In this document: in pieces, positions 52,764 through 62,468 of the stretch
How positions within the stretch are numbered: the stretch's first letter is position 1
Layout of the letters: each line of letters starts with the position of its first letter
NCBI GenBank assembly: GCA_963823035.1
Contig: CAWGKG010000014.1
Span: forward strand, 576,001 to 640,000
Length of the DNA: 64,000 nucleotides
Origin: an uncultured Gemmatimonadales bacterium
Lineage (GTDB): Bacteria; Gemmatimonadota; Gemmatimonadetes; Longimicrobiales; Gaopeijiaceae
Direction: 5' to 3'
Translations under genes and position numbers: made by a program
The notes under the pieces: model-generated
Databases searched by the model: none
What the model was told of the DNA's origin: nothing
Seen by the model: the letters and a program-made list of their open reading frames with translations, nothing else

Positions 52764-54148
52764 TCAGCCCACGGACCCGGCGTGTCGTTCCCGGCGCAGC
52801 GCACCGCTCGCCACCAGGTCGCGCAGGAAGGCGTCGAGGCGGTCGAGGTCGGCATCGTTCGTGGCGATGCCGAGGGAGGCGCGCAGCGCGCCCACGGCCA
52901 CGTCGTCGTCGAGGCAGTCGGCGAACCCCCCGAGCGAGAACGCGCCGCGCGGCATCGACTGGAAGCAGCGCAGCGCCTGGTCCGCCGAGAGGCCGAACGC
53001 CACCTCGGCGGCGCCGGGGTTGCAGAAGCACCCGCCCCGCAGCGAGATCCCGGTCGCCGCGGCCGCACGCTCCACCACACCGTAGGGAACGACCCGGCCA
53101 CGCTCGTCGAGGAGGTTGAACGCCACCGTCCCGCCACGGGAAACGGTGTCGGGTGGCCCATAGATCTCCGCCGCGGCCGCGCCGTTCGCATGCCGTAGCG
53201 AGCCCACGATGTCGAGCAGCCGGCCCGTGAGCTCCACCACCCGGTCGTGGATCGCGTCGATGCCGACGCCGCGCAGGAAGGAGAGCCCGGCCGGCACCGC
53301 CGCGATGCCCAGGAAGTTGGGCGTGCCGTCCTCGAAGCCCTCGGCGCCGACGCGCAGCTGGTGGATGCGGTTCTGCACCGACACGAACTCCACCGTGCCG
53401 CCCGCGAACCAGGGCCGGCGCAGGCGCGCGAGCGCGTCGCTGCGGGCGATGAGCGCGCCCACCCCGGTGGGATAGCCGAACATCTTGTAGAAGGACACGC
53501 ACACGAACTCGGCGCCGTCGCGCGAGAGGTCCAGCGGGCTGGTGGGCACGAACGCCGCAGCGTCCAGGAGCACGTCGTACCCCGCCGCCCGCGCCTCGCG
53601 TACGAGCTCGATCGGGTGCTGGACGCCCGAGAAGTTCGATTGCGCCGGGTAGGCGAAGAGGCTCGGGCCCTCCCCCGCCGGCGGCAGGCCGATGCGGCCA
53701 GGCGCAGGCCCGGGTCGAGCGGGAGGTAGGTCACCTCCGCGCCCTTCGCCTCGGCGTAGGTGCGGATGCCGTGCACCGAGTTGTGGTTGTCCTGCAGGAG
53801 CGTGAAGCGCGAGCCCGGGACGAAGGGGTAGGCCTCGCCGACGAGCTTGAGGGCGGCCGACGCGTTCGCCGTGAAGGCGACCGTGTACACGTCCGGATCG
53901 GCGCCGAAGTACGACAGGACGTCGCGCCGTGCCCCTTCGACGATCTCGGTCGCCTGCGCCGAGGTGGGGCTCTCCGAGTGGGGGTTGCCCAACACCCGGT
54001 GGCCGAGCAGCTCGGCCAGCTCCCGGAGCTGGGACGCGGCGTACAGCCCGCTCCCCGTGTAGTCCAGGTAGACGTGGCCGCCTTCGTCCAGCCTCCCGAA
54101 CTCGCTGGCCCGCAGGGCCTCGAAACGTTCTCTCGAATCCTCGCTCAT
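52764..54148 (-). CDS. Class V PLP enzyme resembling the N-terminal domain of molybdenum cofactor sulfurase; frameshift(s) near 53690
   Basis: YLDYTG, GNPHS, DNHNSVHGIR, QSNFSG, LDAAAF, SFYKMFGYPTGVG, FEDGT, LRGGCFCNPGA. Confidence 0.85.
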
Positions 54149-54228
54149 GGCCTGCAAGATAAGAACAACGGCGCCGCCCCGGCCAATCCGGAGCGGCGCC
54201 GCGCGAGCGACGAGGGGTCGCCGCTGCG

Positions 54229-54830
54229 TTACATCTGCGCGCCCTGAACGCCGGACTTGCCGTCGCTCGAGACGTTGAAGTGCACCCACATCCCGGTGGC
54301 CGCGTGCCCCGGGATGAAGCAAACCATCGCGTACTCGCCGGCGGTGGCGGCCGTGAAGGAGACGGTGTCCTCCTCGCCCGGCATGGTTCCGTCCGTCATG
54401 GAGGTCGGGTTCTTCGAGACCGCCCCCGGGAACACCGGGTTCGGCTCGAGCATGGCGCCGAAGCTGGTGGCTCCGGCGATGATGCCGAGGCTGTGCGCCA
54501 TCCCATTGGGATCGGCGTTCTTGAAGTCGATCGTGATCGCGTACCCCGCGGGCACGGTGATCGTCATGTTGCCGTTGTGGCCGCCGTTGAAGTTCCAGTG
54601 ATTGATGGCGTCGGTGGCGCCCGCGGTGATCGTCATGTGCACGGCCTTGTTGGCCTCGTCCACATGGAACCAGTCGGGCATGGTCATCTCGCCGGTCGCC
54701 GCAGCAGACGGCTGGCGGCGGCGGCAGGGGCGGCGGCGGGCTGGCCGGCCGCGTCGTTGCTCGCCGGGGGCTCACCACCGCCGCAGGCCGCGAGGGCGGC
54801 GACCAGAGAGAGGGTCGCAAAGCGCTTCAT
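54229..54830 (-). CDS. Sulfocyanin/cupredoxin-like blue copper lipoprotein; frameshift near 54710
   Basis: Lipobox LAAC; HSLG...C-FIPG-H-AATG-M type-1 Cu ligands. Confidence 0.85.
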
Positions 54831-55021
54831 CGAAATCTGTCCTGTCATCAGTGGCTGAGCTCGTAGGCCGACGCGGGGGAGCCACGTTCCCCCGGTCGGT
54901 CGGCCCTGCCCCGGAGATTGCCTCCGGAGCGGGTCAAAGCCCAGTAAGTTAAAACCTTTCGGCCGTGCGGTAGAGCCGAGTGTGGTCGGGCATGAAGGCA
55001 CGAACCGTGCCACGCCCGCGC

Positions 55022-56188
55022 TCAACTGGAGTAGTAGGCGGCGTTCTCGTCCACGTATCCGTGCGTGAGGTCGCAGCCCCACGCCCGGGCCCGCCCGTCG
55101 CCGAGACCGAGATCCACCTCCAGGTCGACCGGATCGCCCCGCAGGAGCCCCCGCACCGCCGCTTCGTCGAAGACGGTCTTGCTCCCCCCATCGAGCACGC
55201 GCACGCCGCAGATCGACGCCCCGATGCGCGCCGGGTCCACGCGGCAGGTCAGGCACTTCCCCACCGCCATGAGGATACGTCCCACGTTCGGGTCACCGCC
55301 GAACACCATCGTCTTCACGAGCGGTGAGTTCACGAGCGACTTCGCGACGGTCCGCGCCTCCCGTGCGTCGACCGCGCCCGTGACGGTCACCCGCACGAGC
55401 GTGGTCGCACCCTCGCCGTCGCGCGCCAGCTTCTCGGTCATCGCCGTGAAGGCCTCGAGGAGCGCGTCTTCGAACGCCTGGTCGTCGACCGGTCCGGCCA
55501 ACCCGTTCGCGAGGATCGCGCAGGTGTCGGAGGTGCTCGTGTCCGTGTCCACGGAGAGCATGTTGAACGTCACGTCCACCGCACGGCGCAGCATGCCGTC
55601 GAGCACGGGGGCCTCGACGCGCGCGTCCGTGAAGGCGAACACGAGCATGGTCGCCATGTTCGGCTCGATCATCCCGGACCCCTTCCCCACCACCGTGAGC
55701 GTCGCCTCGCCCACGGGGAGCGAGACCGCCTTGGGGTGGGTGTCGGTGGTCATGATCCCCATCGCGCCGACCAGGGGATCCTCCTGGAGCGACGCCGCCA
55801 GCGTGGGCATCGCCGCCTCGATCTTCTCGATCGGGAGGGGCACGCCGATCACCCCGGTGGAGCTCATCAACACGGTGCCGGGGTCGACGCCGAGCGCCGC
55901 GGCGGCCGACGCGCCCATGCGCCGGGCCCTCGCCAACCCCTCCGCGCCGTTGCCGACGTTGGAAACGCGGCTGTTCACCACCACGGCCTGGACCCGCCCC
56001 CCGAGGACGATCTCCCGCCCGACGACCACGGGTGCGCCGGGGACCTGGTTGCGGGTGAATACGGCCGCGGCGGCCGCGGGCACGTCGGACGCGAAGAGGG
56101 AGAGGTCGTTGCCCTCCGCCTTGATGCCGCAGTTCACGGAGGCGCAGCGGAAGCCGCGCGGGAAGCGAGGGGTATCGTGGAGGGGCAT
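55022..56188 (-). CDS. argJ: Glutamate N-acetyltransferase / ornithine acetyltransferase
   Basis: FTRN, SSTGVIG, IMTTDT, KGSGMIEPNMATML, DTSTSD, DGEGAT, WGCDLT..YV.EN. Confidence 0.95.
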   Translation of the reverse strand: MPLHDTPRFPRGFRCASVNCGIKAEGNDLSLFASDVPAAAAAVFTRNQVPGAPVVVGREIVLGGRVQAVVVNSRVSNVGNGAEGLARARRMGASAAAALGVDPGTVLMSSTGVIGVPLPIEKIEAAMPTLAASLQEDPLVGAMGIMTTDTHPKAVSLPVGEATLTVVGKGSGMIEPNMATMLVFAFTDARVEAPVLDGMLRRAVDVTFNMLSVDTDTSTSDTCAILANGLAGPVDDQAFEDALLEAFTAMTEKLARDGEGATTLVRVTVTGAVDAREARTVAKSLVNSPLVKTMVFGGDPNVGRILMAVGKCLTCRVDPARIGASICGVRVLDGGSKTVFDEAAVRGLLRGDPVDLEVDLGLGDGRARAWGCDLTHGYVDENAAYYSS

Positions 56189-56287
56189 GGCGGCCGAAGC
56201 GTAGGGTCCGGAGGATCGACGGCCGAAAGATCGTGGGGGTGGCCGCGCCGTGCCAGCGCCGGCCTCGGCCGGCGGAGCACCCCCGGC

Positions 56288-58708
56288 TCAGTCGCTACGG
56301 AGCGCGACGATCGGGTCCACCCGCGTGGCGCGACGCGCAGGAATGGCCGACGCCAGCACCCCGGTCAGCAGCAGCACGCCCGCCACCATCCCGAAGACAC
56401 CCGGATCGCCCGTGTCGACCTGGAAGAGCACGAGCTTCAGCGCGCGCGACACGAGCACCGCCAGGCCGAGGCCGAGCACGACGCCCGACACGACCTGGAC
56501 GAAGCCCTGCTTCAGGATGAGCGACAGGACCTGGCCGGCCTCCGCGCCCAGCGCCATGCGGATCCCGACCTCCGGCGTGCGTCGGCTCACGCTGAAGGCC
56601 ATGACGCCGTAGAGGCCGATCGACGCGAGGAAGAGCGCCACCGCGCCGAACACCATGAAGAGCGCTCCGAAGACGTTGTAGACCCAGGTGTTCTCGGCGA
56701 TGCGTCCCGCCAGCGTGTCCACGTAGTAGATCGGCGTGTCGGCGTGCACCGCGGCCACGGCGTCGCGCACCGACGAGGTCAGCGACATCGGATCCGCCGG
56801 CCCGCGGGCGAGGATGCTCACGAAGCGGAGGTCGCCCTGCGCCAGCGGCGTGTAGAAGGCGTCCGGCTCCTCGCCCGGGTTGCCGGCGCCCTGCATCCAG
56901 AGATCGGGCACCACACCGACGACCGTCCGCCAGGGCTCGTCGGGGGACGTGCCGGCGCGCACACGCCTTCCGAGGGGCGACCCGCCGGGGAAGTGCCGAC
57001 GCGCGAAGCTCTCGTTCACGATCGCGACCGGCATCGCCTCTGCGTCGTCCGTGCGCTGGAAGGCCCGGCCGGCGCTCGGGGCGACCCCGACCGTCTCGAA
57101 GTAGCCCGGACCGATGAGGGCGGAGCGGGCCGACGGATAGTCGCGATCCTCCGTGTACTCCTCCCCCTCGATGGCGACACGCTGCGTGCCCGCGCCCGTC
57201 CCCGGCAAGGCGGTGGCGAGCGCGAAGGACCCGATCTCGGGGACCTGGGACAGGCGCGTCTCCAGATCGTCGAAGAAGCGTCTGCGCGCGGCCACGTCGG
57301 GGAACTCGCTCTCGAAGAGCCCGAGCCGGGCCGTGAACACCTCGTTCGTGTCGAAGCCGAAGTCGAAGTCGCGCAGCGTCGCGATGCTCTTGGTCATGAG
57401 CCCGGCCGCGACCAGCAGCCCCATCGACATCGCGATCTCGCCCACCACCAGCACCTTGCTCAGGCGGCCGATGCGCAGGCTCGACGTGCCGCGCGTCTCG
57501 TCCTTGAGGATCGCGCCCACGTCCATCCGCGATGCCTTCCACGCCGGGATGCCGCCGGCGACGAGCGCCGCCGCCACCGAGATGGCCAGGATGAACAGCA
57601 GGATGGGCGCATCCACCTTGAACTGCAGGAAGAACGGAGGGTTCGTCGATTCGACCGCTCGTGCGAACATCGTGGTGCCCAGCCACGCCAGAGCCGCGCC
57701 GACCGCTCCGCCCAGGAGCGCGAGCGCGAGGGCCTCGGCGACCATCTGCGAGACCACCCGCCACCGGCTCGCCCCGAGCGCGGTGCGGATCCCGACCTCC
57801 TTGATGCGGACGGCGGCACGGGCGAGGAGGAGGTTGGCCACGTTCGCGCATGCGATCAGGAGGACGAGCGAGACCGCCAGGAGCATGGTGAGAAGGAGGC
57901 CGCGCGCCTCCGAACCGATCGCCATCTCCTGGAAGGAGGTGATGACGGCGGTGACGCCCTCGTTCGTCTCCGGATACTCCGCCGCCAGCCGCTGGGCGAT
58001 CCCGGCCATCTCGGTCGCGGCGCGCTCCAGGGGCACCCCGGGCCGGAGACGCCCGTAGACCTGGACCCACTGGCCCTGGCCGCGCGGCAGGGCGAGCGCG
58101 TCCGTGCGCAGCGACACCCAGATGTCCTGGCGCTCGGGGAAGAGGAAGCCCTCCGGCATGACGCCGACCACCTCGGCCTGCTCGCCGTTCACCTTGAGCA
58201 CCTGCCCGACGGCGGACGGCGCGCCCGCGAAGCGGTCCTGCCACAGCCGCCAGGAGAGGATGACCCTCAGCGGCGCCCCCGCCGCCGACTCCTCCTCGTT
58301 GAACTCCCGACCCAGGACAGGGTGCACGCCGAGCGCGGCGAAGGCGCCCGGGGTGACGAACGCGCCGTCGAAACGCTCCGGGCGATCGCTCCAGCGCACG
58401 TTCACCGTGCCCTGGTAGTAGGCCTCCAGGCTCTCGAAGGAGGTTTGCTGATCCCGCCAGTCCACGTAGTCGTGGATCGGCACGGGCGCGCGGTTGATGC
58501 CCCGGCTCGGGTTGGCCTGCGTGAGCATCATCACGCGCTCGCCTCCCTCGAACGGAAGGCCGCGCAGGAGCGCCGCGTACACGATGCTGAACATCGTCGC
58601 GGTCACGCCGATCCCGAGCGCGAGGGCCCCGGCCGCGAGGGCCGACACGCCAGGGTGCTTGAAGAGCATCCGGCCGGCGTAGCGGAGATCCTGCAGAAAT
58701 CCCGACAT
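56288..58708 (-). CDS. ADOP-type duplicated ABC permease, no prefix domain
   Basis: MSGFLQDLRYAGRML, IACANVANLLL, EVGIRMALGA, IPARRATRVDPIVALR. Confidence 0.93.
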   Translation of the reverse strand: MSGFLQDLRYAGRMLFKHPGVSALAAGALALGIGVTATMFSIVYAALLRGLPFEGGERVMMLTQANPSRGINRAPVPIHDYVDWRDQQTSFESLEAYYQGTVNVRWSDRPERFDGAFVTPGAFAALGVHPVLGREFNEEESAAGAPLRVILSWRLWQDRFAGAPSAVGQVLKVNGEQAEVVGVMPEGFLFPERQDIWVSLRTDALALPRGQGQWVQVYGRLRPGVPLERAATEMAGIAQRLAAEYPETNEGVTAVITSFQEMAIGSEARGLLLTMLLAVSLVLLIACANVANLLLARAAVRIKEVGIRTALGASRWRVVSQMVAEALALALLGGAVGAALAWLGTTMFARAVESTNPPFFLQFKVDAPILLFILAISVAAALVAGGIPAWKASRMDVGAILKDETRGTSSLRIGRLSKVLVVGEIAMSMGLLVAAGLMTKSIATLRDFDFGFDTNEVFTARLGLFESEFPDVAARRRFFDDLETRLSQVPEIGSFALATALPGTGAGTQRVAIEGEEYTEDRDYPSARSALIGPGYFETVGVAPSAGRAFQRTDDAEAMPVAIVNESFARRHFPGGSPLGRRVRAGTSPDEPWRTVVGVVPDLWMQGAGNPGEEPDAFYTPLAQGDLRFVSILARGPADPMSLTSSVRDAVAAVHADTPIYYVDTLAGRIAENTWVYNVFGALFMVFGAVALFLASIGLYGVMAFSVSRRTPEVGIRMALGAEAGQVLSLILKQGFVQVVSGVVLGLGLAVLVSRALKLVLFQVDTGDPGVFGMVAGVLLLTGVLASAIPARRATRVDPIVALRSD

Positions 58709-58765
58709 ACCACCCACCCCCGCGGCGAGGAGACGCGACGGCCTCCGCGGCCGCCGGACCGCCTC

Positions 58766-58795
58766 CCCTACGGCCGCCGGCGAGAGACCGGTTTC
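58766..58795 (-). promoter_or_regulatory. ECF-type promoter GAAAC-N18-CGTAGGG
   Basis: Minus strand GAAAC cggtctctcgccggcggc CGTAGGG. Confidence 0.6.
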
Positions 58796-58820
58796 GCCCG
58801 CGCGGATGCGGAGGCCCCGA

Positions 58821-58855
58821 CGAAGAAGAGCCCGGCCACCGAAGTGACCGGGCTC
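58821..58855 (-). terminator. Intrinsic terminator
   Basis: 12-bp stem GAGCCCGGTCAC/GTGGCCGGGCTC with a C(UUCG)G tetraloop, followed by TTCTT. Confidence 0.75.
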
Positions 58856-58890
58856 ACGAATCGAAGGGCCGTCTTTCCCCTTCCGAAGGA

Positions 58891-59073
58891 CTACTCGGCG
58901 CTCCACCCCAGGTGGAGGTGCAGCTCGGGCACGAGCTCGCTCGCGTCCAGAGGACGGGCTTCCTCGGCCATCCGACGGAAGATGCGGGCGATCTTGCGAT
59001 CTCCCTCTCCCTCTGCCCGGGTCGCAGCCCGGAGCAGGAACCGGATCCTTTCGTCCATGCTCATCTTCCCCAC
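58891..59073 (-). CDS. Small helical hypothetical protein (55-60 aa)
   Basis: MDERIRFLLRAATRAEGEGDRKIARIFRRMAEEA; has its own terminator and a candidate promoter. Confidence 0.65.
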   Translation of the reverse strand: MGKMSMDERIRFLLRAATRAEGEGDRKIARIFRRMAEEARPLDASELVPELHLHLGWSAE

Positions 59074-59227
59074 CCCTCGCGGGTCACCCTCGACCGTTCC
59101 TTCGAGTGGATGTACGACGGGTCCGACCCGCCTCTTTCACCTCCCGTTGGATCCCGCCCGGCCCGTCGGCGTTGCCGCGACGCCCCGGGGCGATCCCCCC
59201 ACCCCTCCCTTGCTCTGTCCTACAGGA

Positions 59228-59254
59228 GACGAGCGTGGAACGGCTCATGTGACA
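59228..59254 (-). promoter_or_regulatory. Candidate ECF promoter TGTCACA-N16-CGTC
   Basis: Minus strand TGTCACA tgagccgttccacgct CGTC. Confidence 0.6.
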
Positions 59255-59287
59255 CCGCGGTCGCCGTCGTCCGACCGACGAAGGTCG

Positions 59288-59782
59288 TCATCCCATGCGT
59301 GCGCGCAGGATGTCCAGGTAGCGGATGAGTTGGTCGAGGTCTTCCGGCGCAAGACCGCTGAAGATGTCCTGGTCGGCGGCGGATACCGGCGTGTCCAGAC
59401 GGGTGAGGAGATCGAGCCCTTCCGCGGTGACGCGGCACCACACCTTGCGCCGATCCTCGGAGAGACGCTCACGGTCCACCCATCCCTTGGCCACGAGGCG
59501 GTCGACGATCCGCGTCACCCCGGGGGTGCGCTCGATCATGCGGTCGCCGATCTCCAGGGTCGGGAGACCCTGCGGGCCTGCGTCGCGCAGGATGCGAAGC
59601 ACGTTGTACTGCTGGAAGGTCACGCCCTCCCGTGTGAAGAGGTCGGTGAAGCGGTGCTTCGCCACGTCCGCGGTCCGCAGGAGGGCCAGGAGCGCCTCAT
59701 GACCCTTCGACTTCAGGGCGCGGTTCAGCTCTTCCGCGATACCGCGCAGCGGCTGGAATCCCTCGTGCTCGTACCCTTGCAT
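59288..59782 (-). CDS. MarR-family regulator
   Basis: QQYNVLRILR, PGVTRIVDRL..KGWV.RER...DRR. Confidence 0.92.
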   Translation of the reverse strand: MQGYEHEGFQPLRGIAEELNRALKSKGHEALLALLRTADVAKHRFTDLFTREGVTFQQYNVLRILRDAGPQGLPTLEIGDRMIERTPGVTRIVDRLVAKGWVDRERLSEDRRKVWCRVTAEGLDLLTRLDTPVSAADQDIFSGLAPEDLDQLIRYLDILRARMG

Positions 59783-59786
59783 GCCC

Positions 59787-61167
59787 TCACTCCGTGATGA
59801 CCGTGGGATCTTCCGTCAGCTGGTCGGGCGTGGCACCCGTCTCCCGGCCGAGCACCGCGCGCACGAAATCGCTCCACCATTCGGCCTGCTCCTCCAGGCT
59901 CCGATATCGAGACAGGGCGGGCCACGTCTTCGCGTGCACGGCCCGCCCTTCCTCCATGGCCTGCGCGAACGTCAGCCCCTCTCCTTCCGGACCGAGGAGC
60001 CACCTCCGCCCGATGCGGGCGTGCAGCACCTCGTCCGCCCAGTCGAAGTCGTGGAAGTGGGTCGAGAGCGCGTCGCCCGCCTCGAGCGCGATCTCGCGCT
60101 CCGCGCGCTTGCCGGTCTCCCCAGGCATGAGGCTCTGCTCGATCGCCCAGAGCAAGAGCTGCCGCTCACGTGGGCTGGCGTGCAGGTTCAGCCGCAGCGA
60201 GAAGCCCACGTTCAGGGGGATCTCGCGCCAGGCAACGCCGCGCGCCTCCAGGGCCACCTCGCCCATCATCGAGTGGCGCGCCTCGTCCCAGAGCTGACGC
60301 GCGTAGTCGACGTAGAACCCCCATGGCCGGTCGCGGAGCTCGGTGATGAACGACGCCATCATCTCCGGCACGTCCATCTCGAGAAGTCGCTTGCACAGGA
60401 GCGCGAGGTTGCGCTCCTCGGCGTCGAGGTTGTCCGCCGCGTAGAGCACGTGGGGTGGGAAGTTGAAGTTGTGGACGCCCCGGAACCTCGCATCGCGCCG
60501 CGGCCGGAAGTCCGGCGGAGGGGCCGTCGGCGCCCTGGGCCCGGGCAGAGGCCCGCCACCCCACTCGGCGCCATCCACCCCGCCGGCCGCGCGCACGTAG
60601 GCCTGCACGTGCTCGGCGTAGCCCGACGGCTCCACGGACGCGCGCGCCTCCCGGCCCCACGAGATCGCATCCTCGACCTCCGGGAGGTGGGCGCGGAGGA
60701 TCCGGCGGGTGGGGTGGTCGACGAGGGGGTTCGATCCCTCGAGGTAGCGCCGGTACGCCTGCGCGAGCGCGGGGAGGAGCACGCCGTGGACGGCGTCCAG
60801 GAGCTCGAGCGTGTCCTCGGCCGCGGCGGCCTCCGCCAGCGCCGCCTCGAGCGCCTCGTCCGGCGCCTCGTCCATGCGCGGCGCCGGGGCGCGCATCTCC
60901 GAGATCCGGGTGCGGAGGGCGTCGGCGTGCTCGACGGCGAGCCACTGCTGCAGGGCCAGGCCGCCCTTCACCTCCCACTCGGGTGTGGTCGGGATACGGC
61001 TGACGAGGATCTCGAACACCCGCTTCTCGGTCCAGTGGAGCCTGAGAAGGCGGCGAACGCTCTCCTCCACGGAGAAGCCGGGACGCGCGGCCGTTGCGTG
61101 AGAGCACACCCCGGCCAGGGACGGAGCCTGTACAGTCGCGAGCGGGAGGCACCTGCGGAGTCGCCAC
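59787..61167 (-). CDS. Ferritin-like (DUF455-like) putative diiron protein; probable frameshift near the 5' end
   Basis: C-terminal E...DEARH...E...DEVLH pattern; helical N-domain with EKR..EH. Confidence 0.7.
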
Positions 61168-61196
61168 GGTAGGGCCGTACGGGTTTCGCGGCCCGA

Positions 61197-62300
61197 TCAG
61201 CCCTGGGACTCGTAGAAGGCGGTGCCCGTGTACTCCTCGAGGCCACCCGCGTGGTGGATGCTCAGCGCCGGTAGTCCTCGCGCGTAGCCCATCGAAGCAC
61301 AGCCGACCTCACCGGCCTTGTTGATCGCCACGAACTTCTCGCCGGGGACGTAGTCGTTTCCGATCGCGCGGTATCGACCGACGATCATCTCGATCGCGTC
61401 CTCGCACGCCTGCTGCGGCGTGCGTCCGTCACGCATGCGCATGACGATGAAGTAGGAGGCGCACGACTTGATGACGTCCTCGCCGCGCCCCGTGGCGCCC
61501 GCGGCGCCGACCGAATTGTCCACGTACAGGCCGGCCCCGATGATCGGCGAATCGCCGATGCGCCCCGGGATCTTCCAGGACATGCCACTGGTCGTGGTGA
61601 TGCCGGCGACGTCGCCGTTCCGATCCACCGACAGGACGTTCGTGGTTCCGTGCTCGTACTCGACGGGGCCCTGCATGAAGCGGTCGGAGCCGGTGCCGCT
61701 CCCCTTGCCGCGGAGGTGCTCCGGGGGACCCCAGTAGTCGTGGTCGTCGTGGGTCTCGCGCCAACGGAGCCAGATCTCGCGCGACTTCGGCGTCAGGAGA
61801 TCCTCTTCTTCGAAGCCGAACGACTTCGCGAACTCGGTGGCGGCCCTGCCCACGATCATGATGTGGTCCGTGCGCTCCATGACCAGGCGCGCCACCGAGG
61901 ACGGCGTCTTGATGCCCTCGATCCCCGCGACCGAGCCGGCGTTGTAGGTGCGTCCGTCCATGCACGAGGCGTCGAGCTGTACCACGCCGTCAGCGTTCGG
62001 GAGGCCCCCGTAGCCCACGCTCGCGTCCTCGGGGTCCACCTCGATGACGTTCGCGCCCTTCTCCACGGCGTCCATCGCCCGCCCGCCCGAGGAGAGGATC
62101 GGCCACGCCTGCCGCATGGCCTCCTTCCCCGTCTCGTTCGTGTGGCTGGTGATGACCATGGGGATGCCGGCCCTGCGCGACGCGCGGGGCGCGGCGGCGG
62201 CCAGCTCGGGGAACCGTCCCAGCGCGGCGGCCCCGGCTCCGAGCGTGACGGAGCTCCGGATGAAGTCGCGTCTGGCGAGTCGAGAATCGTGGTCGGGCAT
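61197..62300 (-). CDS. Tat-exported Ntn-hydrolase, glycosylasparaginase / type 2 asparaginase family
   Basis: RRDFI Tat motif, SVGYGGLP, LDASCMDG, TTTSG, GRIGDSPIIGAG, ATGRGE. Confidence 0.9.
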   Translation of the reverse strand: MPDHDSRLARRDFIRSSVTLGAGAAALGRFPELAAAAPRASRRAGIPMVITSHTNETGKEAMRQAWPILSSGGRAMDAVEKGANVIEVDPEDASVGYGGLPNADGVVQLDASCMDGRTYNAGSVAGIEGIKTPSSVARLVMERTDHIMIVGRAATEFAKSFGFEEEDLLTPKSREIWLRWRETHDDHDYWGPPEHLRGKGSGTGSDRFMQGPVEYEHGTTNVLSVDRNGDVAGITTTSGMSWKIPGRIGDSPIIGAGLYVDNSVGAAGATGRGEDVIKSCASYFIVMRMRDGRTPQQACEDAIEMIVGRYRAIGNDYVPGEKFVAINKAGEVGCASMGYARGLPALSIHHAGGLEEYTGTAFYESQG

Positions 62301-62468
62301 CTACGGTTTTCCTCACCGGAGGGGTTGGGAGAGCATCGTATGCGGAGAGAGGCTGAGCGGCAATCCATGACCCGTCGACGACGCATTTGCCCGACGGGGA
62401 TCCGCCGATCATTGTTCCTCCCCGACGGGAACCGCCTCCGTGGAAACGAACCGAGCAGGAAAGGAACC

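Noticed and set aside
55736..59797. Very long plus-strand ORF (1353 aa) and similar ones (9524-12544, 25938-29195, 34758-37664)
   Set aside because: Antisense or alternate-frame shadows of real genes; low-complexity R/G/A/P translation expected at this GC content
665..61167. Pseudogenes or programmed frameshifting / phase variation
   Set aside because: Indels are scattered across unrelated housekeeping genes with no slippery heptamers or long simple repeats seen; assembly error is more parsimonious
61600..61660. G|T rather than D|T at the predicted autoprocessing site of the asparaginase-family protein
   Set aside because: Gly-Thr junctions are common in type 2 asparaginase / isoaspartyl peptidase relatives, so this is not evidence of novelty
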